Source of the DNA: a virus
Taxonomy: Duplodnaviria > Caudoviricetes
Length of the DNA: 64,000 bases
IMG/VR virus record: IMGVR_UViG_3300021387_001106
Location: 34,633 to 98,632 of that record
Strand: one strand, 5' to 3'
Below are positions 9,891 through 20,400 of this stretch, in pieces (within the stretch, counting starts at the first letter, position 1; the number at the start of each line of letters is the position of its first letter). The notes under the pieces are model-generated. The model did no database searches and was not told the DNA's origin. It was given only the letters and a program-made list of their open reading frames with translations. Position numbers and translations under genes: made by a program.

Positions 9891-10136
9891 ATGAGGAAGA
9901 TGACGGAAGAGGAAGCTGAGAAGTTCTGCGAGGAGAGATGTACCTTCCTCGACTACAAGGACATCGACGAGTACATCGAGGACATTATCACCTGCCTTGT
10001 TTACAGCCCATGGCATTACACCGAGGAAGAGGCAAGGAAGCAGTGCGAGGACCGCATGGGGATCATCGAGAACGCCTTCGAGAAGAAGGAACCGGCGGAT
10101 GACTGCTCAGTGGATGTGGGATACTGCTGCGGGTGA
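9891..10136 (+). CDS. small acidic protein (possible partner of the upstream GNAT)
   Basis: RBS; 81 aa; starts 11 nt after the upstream stop. Confidence 0.6.
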   Translation: MRKMTEEEAEKFCEERCTFLDYKDIDEYIEDIITCLVYSPWHYTEEEARKQCEDRMGIIENAFEKKEPADDCSVDVGYCCG

Positions 10137-10229
10137 GAATGTGGATTGCCGATTGGAAAATACGTTGACAGATTGGTATTTTTGTCGTAAAATATAATGT
10201 GGATGATGAATAAAATCAGCAGAGATAAA

Positions 10230-10257
10230 TTGACCATGCACTCCTATATGGCACAAT
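10230..10257 (+). promoter_or_regulatory. TTGACCATGCA-family promoter
   Basis: TTGACC-N16-CACAAT with TG extension. Confidence 0.6.
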
Positions 10258-10298
10258 AAAATATAAACAAATTTTATGTACCTGATAGGAGGAACAAA

Positions 10299-10769
10299 AT
10301 GTCAATTTACACAAGCAGATACAGCAATAAAGAACTTGATGGCGACCGGTACTACACGGTCGGTATATCGAGGGGAAAGCCAAGGTTCAGGCTCGGATAC
10401 GTCGAATCGGAACACTGCATATCACTGGCCCCGACAAGAGAGATGTGGGGCATCGTAAGTGATGATGATTTCGAGGTGGCGTACAGGCAGCATCTGGACA
10501 GGATGGGACCGGAAAGGGTCAGAACCCTTCTGGAAAGGATGTCCCTCAGGGCGGATGGCAAGGATGTCGTCCTTCTCTGCTTTGAAGATGTAAGGGATGA
10601 ATCCCAGGTCTGTCACAGGACGATGCTGGCAAAGTGGCTGAAAGACAGGCTCGGCTTGGAAGTGACCGAACTTCCAGACCCGTCACCAGTCAAGAGGAAA
10701 AAGCCGAAGGCCAAGGAAGTACCACAGGAGATTGAGGGACAAATGTCTATCGAGAACTTCCTTAACTAA
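10299..10769 (+). CDS. DUF488-family protein
   Basis: IYTS..., LAPT, VLLCFED...CHR motifs. Confidence 0.7.
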   Translation: MSIYTSRYSNKELDGDRYYTVGISRGKPRFRLGYVESEHCISLAPTREMWGIVSDDDFEVAYRQHLDRMGPERVRTLLERMSLRADGKDVVLLCFEDVRDESQVCHRTMLAKWLKDRLGLEVTELPDPSPVKRKKPKAKEVPQEIEGQMSIENFLN

Positions 10770-10816
10770 AACTGCAAAACAGCCGGCGTGCATAAAAACC
10801 ACGTCGGCTCATATAT

Positions 10817-10887
10817 CCGCCATTAGTATATTGGATAGAACGTTCCTATCTAAGGGAAAGGGCGAGGTTCGAATCCTCGGTGGCGGT
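10817..10887 (+). tRNA. tRNA-like element with irregular anticodon arm (UCU or CUA depending on register)
   Basis: Acceptor CCGCCAT/GTGGCGG; U8A9; D-loop with GG; perfect T-arm CGAGG-TTCGAAT-CCTCG. Confidence 0.6.
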
Positions 10888-10895
10888 CTCAAACG

Positions 10896-10925
10896 AGGAG
10901 GCGGCAAGCCTCCTTTTTCATTTTC
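10896..10925 (+). terminator. intrinsic terminator after the tRNA-like element
   Basis: aggaggc-ggcaa-gcctcct plus T run. Confidence 0.6.
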
Positions 10926-10946
10926 CGAAAACAGAAGGAGTACGGA

Positions 10947-12407
10947 ATGGCAGGGTTCAACAGTCCGAACATCCTGTTCCTGAACACTTACGACACGTTG
11001 GACAGGAAGTATATCAAAGAGCTTGCACCAAAGCTGAGGGGAGCGGGGTATGACCGCTATGTGGAGCTATACTGCGGGGCATTCGTCATGCCGCTCATCG
11101 TGGCTGCGGAGGGCTATCCGCCAGAGAAGATGAACTGTTATGACATCTCCCTGTTCTCGAACATAATGGGATATGTCTTTTCGGGGAAAGACCTGGCGGA
11201 GCTGGAAGTGAGGAAGGACGGGGAGCTGATACCTCTGACCGGAAAAGATGCTTCAGAGAACGCGGGGATACTGATGTATGAGCAGGCGTTCGCAAGGCTG
11301 AAGAAGGCGGAGGGCATCATATATTTCCATTACCTTCTGGAAGACATGGAGGAGAACCGGCAGAAGCACATAGATGCCATCGCTGAAAAAGTCCGCAAGA
11401 TGGACGCATCGCTCCATGGGCTGCATTTCGAGAGGCTGTATATCTGGGAAGCATTCGAGAAGGAAAAGGACAGCCCGAACACTTTTATCTGCTCTAATCC
11501 GCCTACATACAAGGGTGCGTATGAGAAGTTCTTCGATACGGACGGCGTGATAACCTGGGCGGGAGATGATTACGAGTACCAGATATGGGATGGATCGGTC
11601 GACTGCCCGAAACTCATGCAGGAGGCAGAGGGGCATGAAGCCCTCCTGATGCTCCTACAGCAGGCGAACAAGGGAAAGGCTGCCACAGAGGAGCCGGTAA
11701 GCGCCAGATTCCTGTCTATGACGCAAAACGTCTATTGGAATACTAATCATCCAGACATCGTAAAGAACCTGATCAGCAAGAAGGCAGAGACCGCTAACGG
11801 GGCGCAGATAGTCAAATCCAAGTACAGCATACTACCGCCCGACTACAAGATAACAAAGGACGCAAAGATAGATATATTCGTGGAAGAGCCGAAAGTCGCG
11901 GAATACTACCGGAAGATATGGCTCCACCGTATAAGGGGCAAGGCGGTATCTATCCACCTTTGCGTATTGCTGGATGGGATGATAGCCGGGTTCATAGGGC
12001 TCGACTTCAATGCGATCGTAAAGCCGTACAGGGAGACAGACAGGAATACGGTCGTTTTATCATATGCAGTGCCGTCGCCTAATGACACTTGCAGGAATGC
12101 GAGACTTCTCGTTGAACTGGTCAAGAGCAAGAAAGTCATTTTGGACGGCATGAACAGGGGGAAGAAACCATCTCAGTTCGTCATGTACGCCACCATCGCG
12201 GATTCCATCTGCACGGTGGAGTATACGAAGTACCATGAGGTGAAGGGGCTGCGAGGGCTCATGAAGATCAAGCGCAAGGAGAAGAAGGCGGAAAATCTGT
12301 TCGCCCTCACCTACTTTGCAGACCTGAACGAGAACTCGGCGGAACAGTGTTTGGCTAACTTTGTGGATGCGGAAGAAAGGTACAACAAGAAATGTCAGAA
12401 GAAGTGA
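10947..12407 (+). CDS. divergent adenine DNA methyltransferase-like protein with extra C-terminal domain
   Basis: YVELYCG (SAM motif I-like) and SNPPTY (motif IV-like). Confidence 0.55.
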   Translation: MAGFNSPNILFLNTYDTLDRKYIKELAPKLRGAGYDRYVELYCGAFVMPLIVAAEGYPPEKMNCYDISLFSNIMGYVFSGKDLAELEVRKDGELIPLTGKDASENAGILMYEQAFARLKKAEGIIYFHYLLEDMEENRQKHIDAIAEKVRKMDASLHGLHFERLYIWEAFEKEKDSPNTFICSNPPTYKGAYEKFFDTDGVITWAGDDYEYQIWDGSVDCPKLMQEAEGHEALLMLLQQANKGKAATEEPVSARFLSMTQNVYWNTNHPDIVKNLISKKAETANGAQIVKSKYSILPPDYKITKDAKIDIFVEEPKVAEYYRKIWLHRIRGKAVSIHLCVLLDGMIAGFIGLDFNAIVKPYRETDRNTVVLSYAVPSPNDTCRNARLLVELVKSKKVILDGMNRGKKPSQFVMYATIADSICTVEYTKYHEVKGLRGLMKIKRKEKKAENLFALTYFADLNENSAEQCLANFVDAEERYNKKCQKK

Positions 12408-13159
12408 AGAATGAGCTGGTAGCGACGCTGGAAGGCGGGATGGAGATATGGAAGCTCAATGCTTCTACCATCAAGGAACAGGACATCAATGCGCAGGTCA
12501 TGGACGACAGGCGCATGAAGATTCTTACCTCGAACATCAAGAACAGGGGGGCGTTGGAGTCCCTTCCGTACGTGTACAAGGACGGTAACACATTCAGCAT
12601 TATATCCGGGCACCACAGGGTCAGGGCGGCAAACGACGCGGGGATGAAGACTATCTACGCACTCGTGGATACGAACCCAATGACTAAGTCCCAGATAACG
12701 TCCAAGCAGATCGCACATAACGAGCTGGTGGGCAAGGCAGACAGCGAGATACTGGGGAAGCTCATCCAACAGATGAATGATGTGGACGACATCATCGCTT
12801 CCGGTCTCCCACAGGAGATGCTCAACTCCATCAATGCACAGTCGCAGGTGATCGATATTCCGCACCTGTCGTTCGACTGGCGTATTATCAATCTGACATT
12901 CCTTCCGAAAGAACTGAAGAATCTGGAAACACTGGCAAAGGCGGTGGACTCCAAGGCGGATATGGTGGGGGTGGCAGATGTCAAGCAGTATCAGGATTTC
13001 TGTGATGCACTCATGAAGTTCGGCAGAACCAAAAACGTCAAATCCATTGGTACGTCCATCGCACTGCTTACCGAAATCGCGTTAAGAGAGGTTGAAAAAT
13101 GCAGGCAGGAAGAGGAAGACCAAGCGGATACAACGCAAAGTACCACGTCCCATGGGTAA
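12392..13159 (+). CDS. ParB/Srx-like N-terminal domain protein
   Basis: IISGHHRVRAA motif. Confidence 0.75.
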   Translation: MSEEVKNELVATLEGGMEIWKLNASTIKEQDINAQVMDDRRMKILTSNIKNRGALESLPYVYKDGNTFSIISGHHRVRAANDAGMKTIYALVDTNPMTKSQITSKQIAHNELVGKADSEILGKLIQQMNDVDDIIASGLPQEMLNSINAQSQVIDIPHLSFDWRIINLTFLPKELKNLETLAKAVDSKADMVGVADVKQYQDFCDALMKFGRTKNVKSIGTSIALLTEIALREVEKCRQEEEDQADTTQSTTSHG

Positions 13160-13611
13160 GGAGCCTTGCGAGAAGGGGACTGACGGTAAAGGAGATAGCG
13201 GACGAGATAGGCGTGGCGAAATCCACACTATGCAAATGGGTCAGCGAAAACCCGGATTTATCGGACGCCCTAAATGAGGGCCGGGACATAGCCGATTCCG
13301 TCGTGGAAGAATCCCTTTACAAGCTCGCTTGCGGTCATACTGTACAGACCAAGAAGACTATCGTCTCCGCCGGGAAGGATGGAGAACAGAAGCCGGCACG
13401 GATAGAGATTATGGAACAAGAGGTCTCGCCAAATGCAACGGCATGTATCTTCTGGCTCAAAAACCGCAAGAGGGCATTATGGACAGACCGTCAGGAAGTG
13501 CAGCTTGAGGCGTCCAATGAAAGTGATACGGATGTAGTCATCGTACTGCCGCACAACAACCGGCAGGAACATATAGATGGAACGGTTGAAATCGGCGCGG
13601 ATGAACAGTAA
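13099..13611 (+). CDS. terS: terminase small subunit
   Basis: GRPSGY, HTH, VEESLYK, TACIFWLKNR; directly upstream of TerL. Confidence 0.8.
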   Translation: MQAGRGRPSGYNAKYHVPWVRSLARRGLTVKEIADEIGVAKSTLCKWVSENPDLSDALNEGRDIADSVVEESLYKLACGHTVQTKKTIVSAGKDGEQKPARIEIMEQEVSPNATACIFWLKNRKRALWTDRQEVQLEASNESDTDVVIVLPHNNRQEHIDGTVEIGADEQ

Positions 13612-13619
13612 GGCGCGGC

Positions 13620-16052
13620 ATGGCGAAGAAGACGATAAAGATTACTGCGCAGAAAGGGCCGCAGTGGGACTTCCTTGGAACGGAAGCTGATATATGCATA
13701 TACGGCGGAGCAGCGGGCGGCGGAAAAGCAATGCCGCTCTCGGAACCGGTACTGACTACCCGTGGGTTCATTCCCATGGGTAGAGTTAGGATTGGGACAG
13801 AAGTCCGTACACCCGACAATGGTACAGCAAAGGTTATCCAGATACATCCTCAGGGTGTGGTGGATACCTACAGGATAAGGTTCTCGGACGGAGCCGAAAC
13901 GGTTTGCACCGCTGACCATCTGTGGATGTCAAGGGTGTCTCGTGTCCCTGACAGCGACAAGGTACGAACTACGGCGGAGATTAAGCGGCTCATAGATGTA
14001 GAGAGGAAGAACGTCTTCATACCACTTTGCTCACCGATAGAGTTCGACAGGGAAGTAGAACTCCCCATAAAGCCGTATATGCTCGGTGTACTGATAGGGG
14101 ACGGGTACCTGTGCAGGTATACGATTACCATTACCAAAGGCGATATGGAAGTGTTCGACCGTATCAGGGAGGACGGCTACAGCCTGACAAATTACTGTGG
14201 GAACCATCCCGAGCGTACACCTGAATATGGGGTGAAAGACTTCAAGGAAGAGAAGAAGTGGCTCACAGAGAAAAAGCTCAGGTGCAAAGGGTACAAGAAA
14301 TATATCCCGAATGAATACAAATACGCGTCCATCCAAGACCGCATAGACCTGATACAGGGGCTTATGGATACGGATGGTTACGCTGATAAACATGGCAACT
14401 GTTCCTTCTCAACCACGTCGAAGCGGCTGGCAAATGACGTGCAGTGGATAATCCGTTCACTGGGCGGCAGGGCCAAGATAACGAGCAAGATACCTTCCTA
14501 TACACGCAAGGACGGCACAAAGAAGAAGTGCAGAAGAGCCTATATCGTACATGTTCGGATGCCTGACAACTCCATACTGTTCAGCCTCCCGAGAAAGAAA
14601 AAGCGGTGTGAAGTCACCTATAAAAGAAAGCATCCACAGGGACAGGGCAGAAGGATTGCTTCGATACTTTGGGACGGGGAGAAGGAATGCCAGTGCATCA
14701 CCCTTGACAACGAGCAGGGACTGTATCTGACAAGGGACTTCATCGTCACGCACAACAGCTATGGGCTATTGCTCAGCCCGCTGATGTACAAGGGCGTGAG
14801 AGGGTTCAATGCTGTTGTCTTCAGAAGAACATTCAAGCAGATATTCTCACCCGGCAGCTTGTGGGATATGGCGCATGAGATATATTCCCTCATTCCGAAC
14901 GCTCAAATGCGAAAAGTTGCGGCATCTTGGGAGTTCGTTGATAAGGCGGGGGACGTCATATCGAAAGTAACATTTGCACATATAGAGAACTATAGCGCTG
15001 TTGACGACTGGAAGGGCAGCCAGTTATGCGAGATATGCTTCGATGAGGTGACTCATTTTGGTGAGGACACCTTCTTCTATATGTTGTCCCGTAACCGCTC
15101 TACGTGCGGCGTTAAGCCATTTGTAAGGGCAACCTGCAACCCTGACGCTGATTCATGGGTCGCCAAATTCATAGAATGGTGGATAGATCAGGACACTGGA
15201 TACCCTATACAGGAACGGAGTGGGAAGCTCCGATGGTTCGTCAGACGGGACGGTATTATCAACTGGGCCGATACAAAAGAAGAGCTGTGGGAAAGGTTCA
15301 ATCTTCAGACACCCGAGGAACGGGATGAACCACGGTCAGTTACCTTCATAATGTCGAGTATCTACGACAACAAGGAACTGCTGAAGGTCAACCCGCAGTA
15401 CCTGTCTTCACTGAAAGCGCTCCCGGAGGTTGAACGTGAACGTCTGCTGAAAGGGAACTGGAAGATCAAGTCCACAGCCGGTACGTATTTTAAAAGAACA
15501 CAGATTGAGCTTGTGCTTGATGAACCATCCGACATACAGCAGTATTGCAGGGCGTGGGACCTTGCCGCGTCATCGGACAAGGAGAGCGGAGACCCTGACT
15601 ATACAGCCGGGGTTCTGGCTGGTCTTAGGAAGGATAAATCCGTTGTAATCCTTGACGTCATTAACAAAAGGGTACCGGCATCGGATGTTGAACGCCTGAT
15701 ATATAACACGGCTGTTGCTGACAGGAAAAAATACGGCCTCAAATGCAAGATACGGATACCGCAGGACCCGGGAGCAGCAGGGAAAATTGTTGCGCAGAAC
15801 TATATAAAAATACTGTCTGGATTTCCAGTTAAGGCTATTCCCGTGTCAGGAAGCAAAGAACTGAGGGCAACGCCTGTTGCCGCCCAATGGCAGGTCGGAA
15901 ATATATATGTTCTGGCGGCAGAATGGAACGATATGTATTTCACTCAGCTTGAAAGTTTTCCTCAGGGCGCACATGACGATATGGTGGACGCAACATCTGA
16001 TGCTTTCAACGAACTATCGAAGCCGACATTTGAACTGAAGAACCTTTTGTAG
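13620..16052 (+). CDS. terL: terminase large subunit containing an intein
   Basis: Walker A GGAAGGGK/S, Walker B ICFDE, TCNP, RAWDLA, HDDMVDA. Confidence 0.93.
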   Translation: MAKKTIKITAQKGPQWDFLGTEADICIYGGAAGGGKAMPLSEPVLTTRGFIPMGRVRIGTEVRTPDNGTAKVIQIHPQGVVDTYRIRFSDGAETVCTADHLWMSRVSRVPDSDKVRTTAEIKRLIDVERKNVFIPLCSPIEFDREVELPIKPYMLGVLIGDGYLCRYTITITKGDMEVFDRIREDGYSLTNYCGNHPERTPEYGVKDFKEEKKWLTEKKLRCKGYKKYIPNEYKYASIQDRIDLIQGLMDTDGYADKHGNCSFSTTSKRLANDVQWIIRSLGGRAKITSKIPSYTRKDGTKKKCRRAYIVHVRMPDNSILFSLPRKKKRCEVTYKRKHPQGQGRRIASILWDGEKECQCITLDNEQGLYLTRDFIVTHNSYGLLLSPLMYKGVRGFNAVVFRRTFKQIFSPGSLWDMAHEIYSLIPNAQMRKVAASWEFVDKAGDVISKVTFAHIENYSAVDDWKGSQLCEICFDEVTHFGEDTFFYMLSRNRSTCGVKPFVRATCNPDADSWVAKFIEWWIDQDTGYPIQERSGKLRWFVRRDGIINWADTKEELWERFNLQTPEERDEPRSVTFIMSSIYDNKELLKVNPQYLSSLKALPEVERERLLKGNWKIKSTAGTYFKRTQIELVLDEPSDIQQYCRAWDLAASSDKESGDPDYTAGVLAGLRKDKSVVILDVINKRVPASDVERLIYNTAVADRKKYGLKCKIRIPQDPGAAGKIVAQNYIKILSGFPVKAIPVSGSKELRATPVAAQWQVGNIYVLAAEWNDMYFTQLESFPQGAHDDMVDATSDAFNELSKPTFELKNLL
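13728..14756 (+). mobile_element. class 3-type intein (Ala1) with LAGLIDADG homing endonuclease, 343 aa
   Basis: Starts AMPLSEPV, block B CTADHLW, block F ECQCI, ends FIVTHN/S; LGVLIGDG and QGLMDTDG motifs. Confidence 0.9.
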
Positions 16053-16103
16053 GTATGGACTTTACCTGTGATTGGACGGGATAAATACAGGGGGAAGGAA
16101 TAA

Positions 16104-16280
16104 ATGCACGAATGTTTCCATTGTGGAGAAAAAGCAGTCATATGGGATTCTGACTTCAGCTTTGAAGAGATGGGGGATGAAGGCGACGGCATTTATCAAT
16201 TCTGCCATTGCACCCACTGTGGGGCAGAGATACAGTACAGGATACCCTTCGGAACAGAGGGGGATGATACAGACTCATAA
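16104..16280 (+). CDS. small Zn-ribbon protein (58 aa, not in the ORF track)
   Basis: MHECFHCG...CTHCG; G-rich RBS. Confidence 0.65.
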   Translation: MHECFHCGEKAVIWDSDFSFEEMGDEGDGIYQFCHCTHCGAEIQYRIPFGTEGDDTDS

Positions 16281-16324
16281 AGACGGGCCGGGATACGGAT
16301 AACGAAAAGGGAAAAGAAAAATGC

Positions 16325-16358
16325 GCAGGATAGACAGCAAAAGCCTATCCTGCTTTTT
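16325..16358 (+). terminator. intrinsic terminator
   Basis: gcaggatag...ctatcctgc plus TTTTT. Confidence 0.7.
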
Positions 16359-16377
16359 ATTTGCGCAACATAATAAA

Positions 16378-16405
16378 TTGACCATGCATGCGGTTATGCT
16401 ATCAT
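16378..16405 (+). promoter_or_regulatory. TTGACCATGCA-family promoter
   Basis: TTGACC-N16-TATCAT with TG extension. Confidence 0.6.
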
Positions 16406-16482
16406 ATTTTACAAGAACATCGTTAGCTGTAATGGGCCAAACCGTAGCGCAGAGTTGATAATGCAAGTTGGAAGGAGGATGT

Positions 16483-17022
16483 ATGAAAGCGGATTGGCTC
16501 AATAGGAAAGTCGAAAAAATCAGAAGTTCTATGTTAGAGCGGTCGGACGGTGGCCCCGGCAGTGGTAACTGGGGACACGTCGGAAGGCCAGGGGAACCCG
16601 GTGGCTCCCAAAAAGGCGGTGGGAAAGCGTTCCGCATGGTGAATGTAGTAAAGAACACATATACATCACAGCCGAAGATCAGGCAGGCTGCCAAGCAGCA
16701 GTATAAGAACGCAAAACTGTCTGGCAGCGCCAAGCTGCTCGCAAAGGCGCAGAAGCGCATGAAGAGCATCAACACGAACATAAAGACCGCTGATGTCAGG
16801 AAGGCCGGCAAGAAGGGCTATCAGGTCGTCAATGAGATCGACGAAAATGCAAGCAGAAATATCCTGAAGGACAAAAAGCGCGGCAAGTCGGCAAGGGAAA
16901 ACAACCTGATGAAGGTAAAGGGAACGAATGAGACGATCAAGTACACATTCCCGAACCGGGTCACAAGGGGCGGCTCTGGCAAACGTGGTGGCAAGACCAC
17001 TGTGCGGAGAGCGAAAAACTGA
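16483..17022 (+). CDS. highly basic protein with RSD-GGPGSGNWGH motif (putative head cargo)
   Basis: AAGGAGG RBS; motif shared with the ORFs at 22088 and 23297. Confidence 0.7.
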   Translation: MKADWLNRKVEKIRSSMLERSDGGPGSGNWGHVGRPGEPGGSQKGGGKAFRMVNVVKNTYTSQPKIRQAAKQQYKNAKLSGSAKLLAKAQKRMKSINTNIKTADVRKAGKKGYQVVNEIDENASRNILKDKKRGKSARENNLMKVKGTNETIKYTFPNRVTRGGSGKRGGKTTVRRAKN

Positions 17023-17037
17023 TAAAGGAGGAAGGCA

Positions 17038-17337
17038 ATGCCCGATGTTGAAAAATTATCATACGAGGTAGCGATGCTGGCAAGGAGTTTCACGCCGGCT
17101 GAGATGGAAGTGTTTGAAACACTGCTCGATTATACCGAGACGCTTCCAGAAGGTTTCTTTAGTGATAAGACTCTGGAAGAGCTCAACGAGCATTTCGGCG
17201 GCCATGACGACATGGTGGTCACAGAGAAGGTCCGCACCGCGCTTGACAAACAACAGATGGTTGACCTCATGATGGACGCGATGATGCAGATATACGATGA
17301 CCTTCCCGAAGATGACGAGGATGAAGACGAAGAGTAA
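17038..17337 (+). CDS. small acidic protein
   Basis: AGGAGG RBS. Confidence 0.7.
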   Translation: MPDVEKLSYEVAMLARSFTPAEMEVFETLLDYTETLPEGFFSDKTLEELNEHFGGHDDMVVTEKVRTALDKQQMVDLMMDAMMQIYDDLPEDDEDEDEE

Positions 17338-17373
17338 CATCACGCAACAAAAACCGACAAAAATGGACATGGA

Positions 17374-17398
17374 ACAGGGCTGAAAAGCCCTGTTTTTT
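17374..17398 (+). terminator. intrinsic terminator
   Basis: acagggct-gaaa-agccctgt plus T run. Confidence 0.75.
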
Positions 17399-17460
17399 GT
17401 TACCTAAGAAAAAAGCGGCAGGAGTACGGTAAAGATTATCACTCGCCGTAAGGAGAGAGC

Positions 17461-20400
17461 ATGGCAAGCAGGAAGGAAAAAATCGACTCGCTCAGGCGCT
17501 ACACGAACTTAATACAGAAGCAGACCGGCAGAGTCGTAAGACCCTACCGCATGGACGGCTATGTCAACATGCTCACCAAGTACGGCACGTCCCGTGATGC
17601 TTCGGAAAGATATGAGTTTAAACAGGAACCACCGGTACCGGATGAACAGCTCACTTCCTTCTACGAGGGGAACGGACTGTTCGCCAAGATCATAGACGCA
17701 CCGGCGGAAGAGGCCATCAAACACGGCTTTGAGCTGGAAGGGCTTCAGGACCAGAACATCGAGGACTTCTACACGGAAGCACTTGAAGAGCTGGACTGGG
17801 AAGAGACCATGATGACAGCAGTCAAATGGGCAAGGCTTTTTGGCGGTTCCATCGCTGTCATGATGATCAATGACGGCAGGGGTGTTGATGAGCCTCTCGA
17901 CTGGAAGAACATCACATCTATCGACGACATCAGGATATATGACCGTTCCCTAATACAACCAGACTACGGAAGCATGTTCTCCTACGACCCGGACGACCCG
18001 TTCGGGACAAGGGGGAGCCGGTTGGGTATGCCTGAATACTACGATGTCTACAGCCGGTACGGGAGCTTCCGGGTGCACGACTCCAGATGCCTTGTATTCC
18101 AGAACGGTATACTCCCTGAGAACACGAGCAATTCTGTCTATCAGTTGTGGGGTATGCCGGAGTACATCAGGCTCAACAGGGCGATACGTGACGCTGAGGT
18201 CGCACACGGAACGGCTCCAAAGATGCTCGACCGCTCCATACAGGCGGTCTACCGGATGAAAGACCTTGCAACAGAACTTGCTACAGAGGAAGGCGAGGAC
18301 AGGGTTCTCAGGCGTCTACAGACCATCGACATGGCAAGGGGGCTTTTAAACTCCATCACCATCGACAGCGAGGGCGAGGATTACGACTTCAGGCAATTTT
18401 CATTTACCGGCGTTTCCGAGGTCATCGACACGACATGCAACTTCCTGTCTGCATTGACTTCCATCCCACAGACCATCCTGTTCGGAAGGTCACCCGCCGG
18501 TATGAACTCCACGGGCATGGGAGACCTTGAGAACTGGTACAACTACCTTGAACGCATCCAGAACCGCATGATAAAGAAGAACCTGAGGTATCTTCTGAGC
18601 ATCATCTTTCAGGCGGGCGTATGTACCGGTGAGATAGATGAGGTCCCACCTATCAAGGTCAAGTTCAACCCGCTGTGGTCACTGTCCGATCAGGAAGAGG
18701 CGTCCCTTGAACAGATGAGGGCGCAGGTTGCGAACACCAATGCCAACACCGCTATGGTCTACGTCCAGATGCAGGCGCTCGACCCTTCTGAGGTCAGAAA
18801 GAAACTTGCGGATTCCGAGGAGTTTGATGTTGAGACTCTGCTCGACGAATATACCGAGGAGGAACTGGAAGAAAACGACCCTATGAAGAAACAGGCGGAA
18901 GGTGCTATGCCGGGTATGGAAGGCGGCGGTATGCCGGGAATGCCGGGGATGCCTGCAATGCCCGGTGGACCGGAAGGAGCACCGCCTGAAGGGGCACCGC
19001 CACAGGCACCGGATGCTATGGGCGGAACACCTACTGGAAAGGTTCAGCCTAATGACGGCCCTAAACCCGAAATGGCGCAGGGCGGCAAAGAAAAGGATAC
19101 GGATATTGGCGGGAACGCCCCGGCTGCTGCACCGGCAGCAACAAAACTTCCTGTTGATATGAGCGGGAAGGAAAAGGACAAAGCAGAGGAAGCTAAGGAA
19201 GAGCTCAAGAAGCCTGTAGACAAGGCTAAAGACAACACTCAGGAATCGACAGCTAAGCCAGAAGAAAAGGCAGAAGATGCAGAGGACACTCTGCGCAATG
19301 CATGGCTTGGTGTCGGGCCTGAAGAAGAAAAGCCCTCTGATAAAAAGATTATCAAAAAGCCAAAAAAGCCCGTCGACCCGCTCCCGGGGGATACCCTTCG
19401 GAACGCGTGGCTGGGAATCACTCCAAAAGAAGAAGAGGATGAGGAGGACACGCTCACAAAAGCATGGCATGGAACAGAACCGGTCGATACTGAGGATACG
19501 CTCAGGAACGCATGGCTCGGTAACATTCCCGTGAAACCGCCTCATGGCTCCAGGATCGTCCGTACACGCAAGGGGGATATTTCTATCAGGGACTTCCGTG
19601 CGGCGTCCAGAGAGGACGAAGAGAACCCTCTGACGGCAATGTACGACCATGAGATCACCGCCAGAAATGGCAAGACCTACAGGGCGTTTGAGGGCGAAGG
19701 CTACAAAGCCTATGGCGAGAGGATGCGTGAAAGCTCCCGTATGGATGCGGGTGCGCAGGGTGCAGTCGGCGTGTATGTCATCAAGGATGGCAAGATACTG
19801 ACAGGCATTCGTGGTGAAGGGGATGGACAATACCTTCTCTGCGGTCCCGGCGGACACATCGAAGAAGGTGAGACCCCCGGACAGGCTGCAATACGCGAGA
19901 CACAGGAAGAGTTTGGTATCACACCCATGGAGCTTATCCCGTTCGGGAAAGGGGAAAAGCAAAGCAACGGTCTACGGCCTGACCTGTTCCTATGTGTCAG
20001 GTTTGAGGGGAAACCCAAGTGCGATGAACACGAGATGCACAATCCGAGGTTCACAGCCATCGAAGAGATCGAGCACTCGGGCCGCCTGTTCAGGCCGTTT
20101 GAAAACGGCATCCAGAAGCTGATACAGGCAGTTACTGGAAAGAACATCCACGCAGATGATGAAAAGTGGATTACTGTCAACGGAACACACGTACTTGTTG
20201 ATGATGATGGAACCGCTAAAAACGGCGGCAAGCTCAAAGGAATGTCTTTTTCAAAAGCCGAGAGCGAGGAAAGCGCAAAGCAGACCAATGCTCCCGGCTC
20301 AAATAAAATACTCTTCCAACCGTCAAAGACTAAGATTAACAGGGAAATCTCTGATATAGCGGATAAGAGCACGCAGGATACGGTTGAAGATGACATTAAG

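Noticed and set aside
10817-10887. Genome-wide TAG recoding implied by a possible CUA anticodon
   Set aside because: TAG ends genes at sensible positions (TerL 16052, 4786, 40639, 45590) and genes are not fragmented under the standard code
17461-18900. Anti-CBASS Acb1 activity for the DUF1073-like region
   Set aside because: Position and motifs indicate a portal; I could not see paired HxT/S phosphoesterase motifs
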